This document shows positions 61,346 through 64,000 of a stretch of DNA of 64,000 bases, piece by piece. Within the stretch, counting starts at the first letter, position 1, and each line of letters begins with the position of its first letter. A model generated the notes under the pieces. The model saw only the letters and a list, made by a program, of their open reading frames with translations. It was not told the DNA's origin and did not search any database. This stretch comes from Scyliorhinus canicula (lineage: Eukaryota): assembly GCF_902713615.1 (NCBI RefSeq), contig NC_052149.1:59881443-59945442 (forward strand). Reading direction: 5' to 3'. Made by a program: the position numbers and the translations under genes.

Positions 61346-61744
61346 AGAAAAAAATATATTAGAAAAACAGTTTGGCCTTTCACTCCACGCCTCCTGGAAT
61401 CATTATATTGGTGACAAGGATCAAACACGGATTCTGAAACCCCGGACAACAACTCCAGTAAGACACAAAGCAAAAAGAAAAATCCAGAAATATCCTTGCT
61501 TGGGAAGTTGGGGTTCCCGTTAGCAGGACCATTAAATGTAGCTCCCAGACATGGACCTGCAGTTCCCTATGTTCTTGGGCTGGGACATTTGTTTTGTGTG
61601 CTAAGGCAGCAGCTTTATTTTCAGTTTAAAATAAACCAGTTCGGGTCTTACTCCACGCCTCCCAGAATTATTACAACGGCCTTTGATCAAAAATTTCAAA
61701 AGTTAGAAATGTAATAGGTTCTAAGCAAGTTTTCTTTGTTCTTC

Positions 61745-61982
61745 AGGAGATATACGAGGGAAGTTTTTTTACATAGAGGGTAGTGTGTGCCTGGAATTCG
61801 GTGCCGGACGTGGTGGTGGAAGCAGGTACAATAGTGACATTTAAGGGGCATCTTGATAGGATGGGAATAGAGGGATATGGACCCCGGAATTGTAGAAATT
61901 TTTAAGTTAGACTGGCAGCACGGTCACGTAGGCTTGGAGGGCTGAAGGGCCTGTTCCTGTCCTGTACTTTTCTTCGTTCTTT
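61745..61982 (+). mobile_element. CR1 3' tail
   Basis: agagggtagtgtgtgcctggaa...ggagggctgaagggcctgttcctgt. Confidence 0.75.
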
Positions 61983-61999
61983 GGAAGTTGGGAAGCCGA

Positions 62000-63200
62000 G
62001 TAAAAGAACAAAAGTGAAGGTCTGTGGTAAACGTAGAAAGCAGGAGAGATTAAATAACAAAATTTTTATAATGCAAGGCCAAAGGGACTCGGAAAGATCT
62101 TTCTGGAAGAGGTGTGAATGGCAGAATTAGAAATGCTACCATCTAAAAGTGAGAAAAAGGAGAGTAAAACAAAAGAGAAAAATCTAAACCAGCAAAGAGA
62201 AATGGAACAAAATGGAGGCAGAGGCGACAAGGTTGCAAAGTGTCAAATCATACATGGGCGCTGTTCCCAAAGTTTCATAGCAACACTGTAGGAGGCTGAG
62301 GGCAGTAGGATCAGCAGGAGAGCACGTTGGTGAAGTAAAATGACAAGCGATTGGAATCTTGAGCTCAAGCGTGTGGACTGAAGTATTGTATAAACAATCA
62401 CCAATCTGCTTTTGTTCCCCCCAGTGTAGAGAAGACAACATCGTGACCAGCAAATACAATAGATTACATTTAAAGAAATGCAAGCAAATCAGTGTTTCAT
62501 CTGAAAGAAATATTTGGGCCTTGGAAGCAAAGTTAATTAAATTTTCCAGTTCAGTAACAAAGCAGGAAACAGCACCAATATTTCATCAATGGACTGAAAA
62601 AGAGAGGTGAGGGAGGGAGCTCGAGTAGAACTGGAACAAAGAACGTTCTACAGATCCCACAAGAAAATCCCACAAATAGCTCGGACCCATTGGAGTATTT
62701 CTTCATTGTGTGATCGAGGAAGTGATTGGAGTTAAAGGAGAAGTTGTTTAATGTGAGAAAACATCCAACCTGGCAGAGGCAGACTATTTGGGACTGGTTG
62801 GGCCTCTGGTGAAGAAAAATGGAAAGCCCTCAGACCATCCAACCGGGAACAGAGGGGTAAAGGGGTTGGCTGTCAATAGTAAAAAGTGGCAGAGAATGTT
62901 GTAAGAGTGATGGATGTAGGTGGGAAGGGTAAAAAGGTCCAAATAGAAAGATGTGGTTGGCGTTTAACCTCTGCCAAGTTAAGTCCATACAATAATCACC
63001 TTGTTAGCAGGTTTGCTGACAACGTTAGGGTTGGACCCAAGAGAATTATGTTCTGCAAGTTCAAAGATAGACAAGTTACAGTGAAGGGAGCAGAAAAATT
63101 GAGACAGCTGACATCAAGCCAGCAGTTCTCAATGAAAATATCTAGAGGGGCAAGAGGTCAGCCTAGGTGGAGTTAGAAAACTAGATACACACAATTGATC
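62000..63200 (-). mobile_element. Decayed Penelope-like element (GIY-YIG endonuclease remnant)
   Basis: ORF remnant ...GEQKQIGDCL...IPIACHFTSPTCSPADPTALSLLQC resembles the PLE GIY-YIG region; the extent towards 63200 is uncertain. Confidence 0.6.
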
Positions 63201-64000
63201 GATTGATTTGAGTGAAAAGTATTGTTCTGCGTACAGTCCAGACATATTGTTCCTTACATGAGAAAGTTTAGACATACTGCTGCGAGGGAAAGACTCCTAA
63301 CCAATGAAGTGGGCATTGATTCAAAGGTGGAAGAAGGAAATTTCCCACGGCATTCCATCCATGGATTTAAATAGATAGAACAAATGAAGCTGTGTTACAC
63401 AGATATTTAAATGTGGGAATGCTACTGGAAAAAGCCAAAGGAGCAAAATGGATTTTGATTTTCTTTATCCCCAATTGTTATGAATACAAAGCATTTGTTG
63501 AAGAGATGATATAGATAGAACATATGTAAAAATCTGGAGTTACACTCACTATAGGAATAAGGGTAAAGGGGAACTAATGGAAATGGTTAAAATTTTGATG
63601 AGGTTTTAGACTGGAATTTTTCCATGTGATTATCACCACTTTCAGGCATCTTTCTTTGAATAACCATTTTCTTTGAAAATTTCAATACAGATCTTCCGGC
63701 AAAGTCTAATTAAAATGATCTTATGTGCTCCAGTTTCAGTATTGAGCTTCAGATTTACGGTTGCGGTCTTATTCCTCATCCTGATTTGAATGGTTATGTG
63801 AATTTATTTTCCCTGGGAACTGTTACATCCAGCCGTTTCATGCAACGATATGGTTCTGAAGCCTATTGTGTTCTCAAACTCATGATCATATTCCAGAGTA
63901 TGGATGTTTTTTATTTATTTTACTCCTCATTCAACCTGTTGCTCTGTCTCTGGTAATTTGTTTGTTTTTGTTCTGCAACTCTTTTCCCAGTGATTTGGCT

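Noticed and set aside
63920-64000. Minus-strand frame SQITGKRVAEQKQ... as a possible upstream PATJ exon
   Set aside because: Only a three-residue resemblance to recalled PATJ sequence; runs into a stop with no phase-1 donor; truncated by the window edge.

Overview
This is eukaryotic, repeat-rich vertebrate DNA. The HE1/V-SINE, CR1 and L1 content indicates a cartilaginous fish, probably a catshark-like shark (inference). The window is the interior of a minus-strand PATJ (INADL) gene. Three phase-compatible GT-AG exons (27032-26836, 16571-16480, 524-455) splice into one PDZ domain plus linker, and no further canonical exon was recognised in 27033-64000. The introns are packed with transposons: a full-length, apparently very young Ty3/Gypsy (Mag-like) LTR retrotransposon at 2022-7396, two solo LTRs, many CR1, L1-clade, RTE and Penelope fragments, V-SINEs with three different 3' tails, and PIF/Harbinger MITEs plus a Myb/SANT-encoding Harbinger remnant with the same TIR. 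The LTR element has identical 254-bp LTRs, a CCAGG TSD and one intact gag-pol ORF. It is also the most interesting signal: it has no tRNA primer-binding site. The 12 nt at the PBS position are instead the exact complement of a segment of its own LTR that contains the ATTAAA poly(A) signal, suggesting Tf1-like self-priming and/or poly(A) masking in a non-chromoviral element. It also has a YLDN RT motif and an in-frame repeat-expanded Gag-protease linker. Secondary leads are a candidate ATG-bearing/poison PATJ mini-exon (46034-45986) and a perfect RFX X-box in a transposon-free intronic island. Boundaries of degraded repeats are approximate, and family names come from recognition, not database searches.
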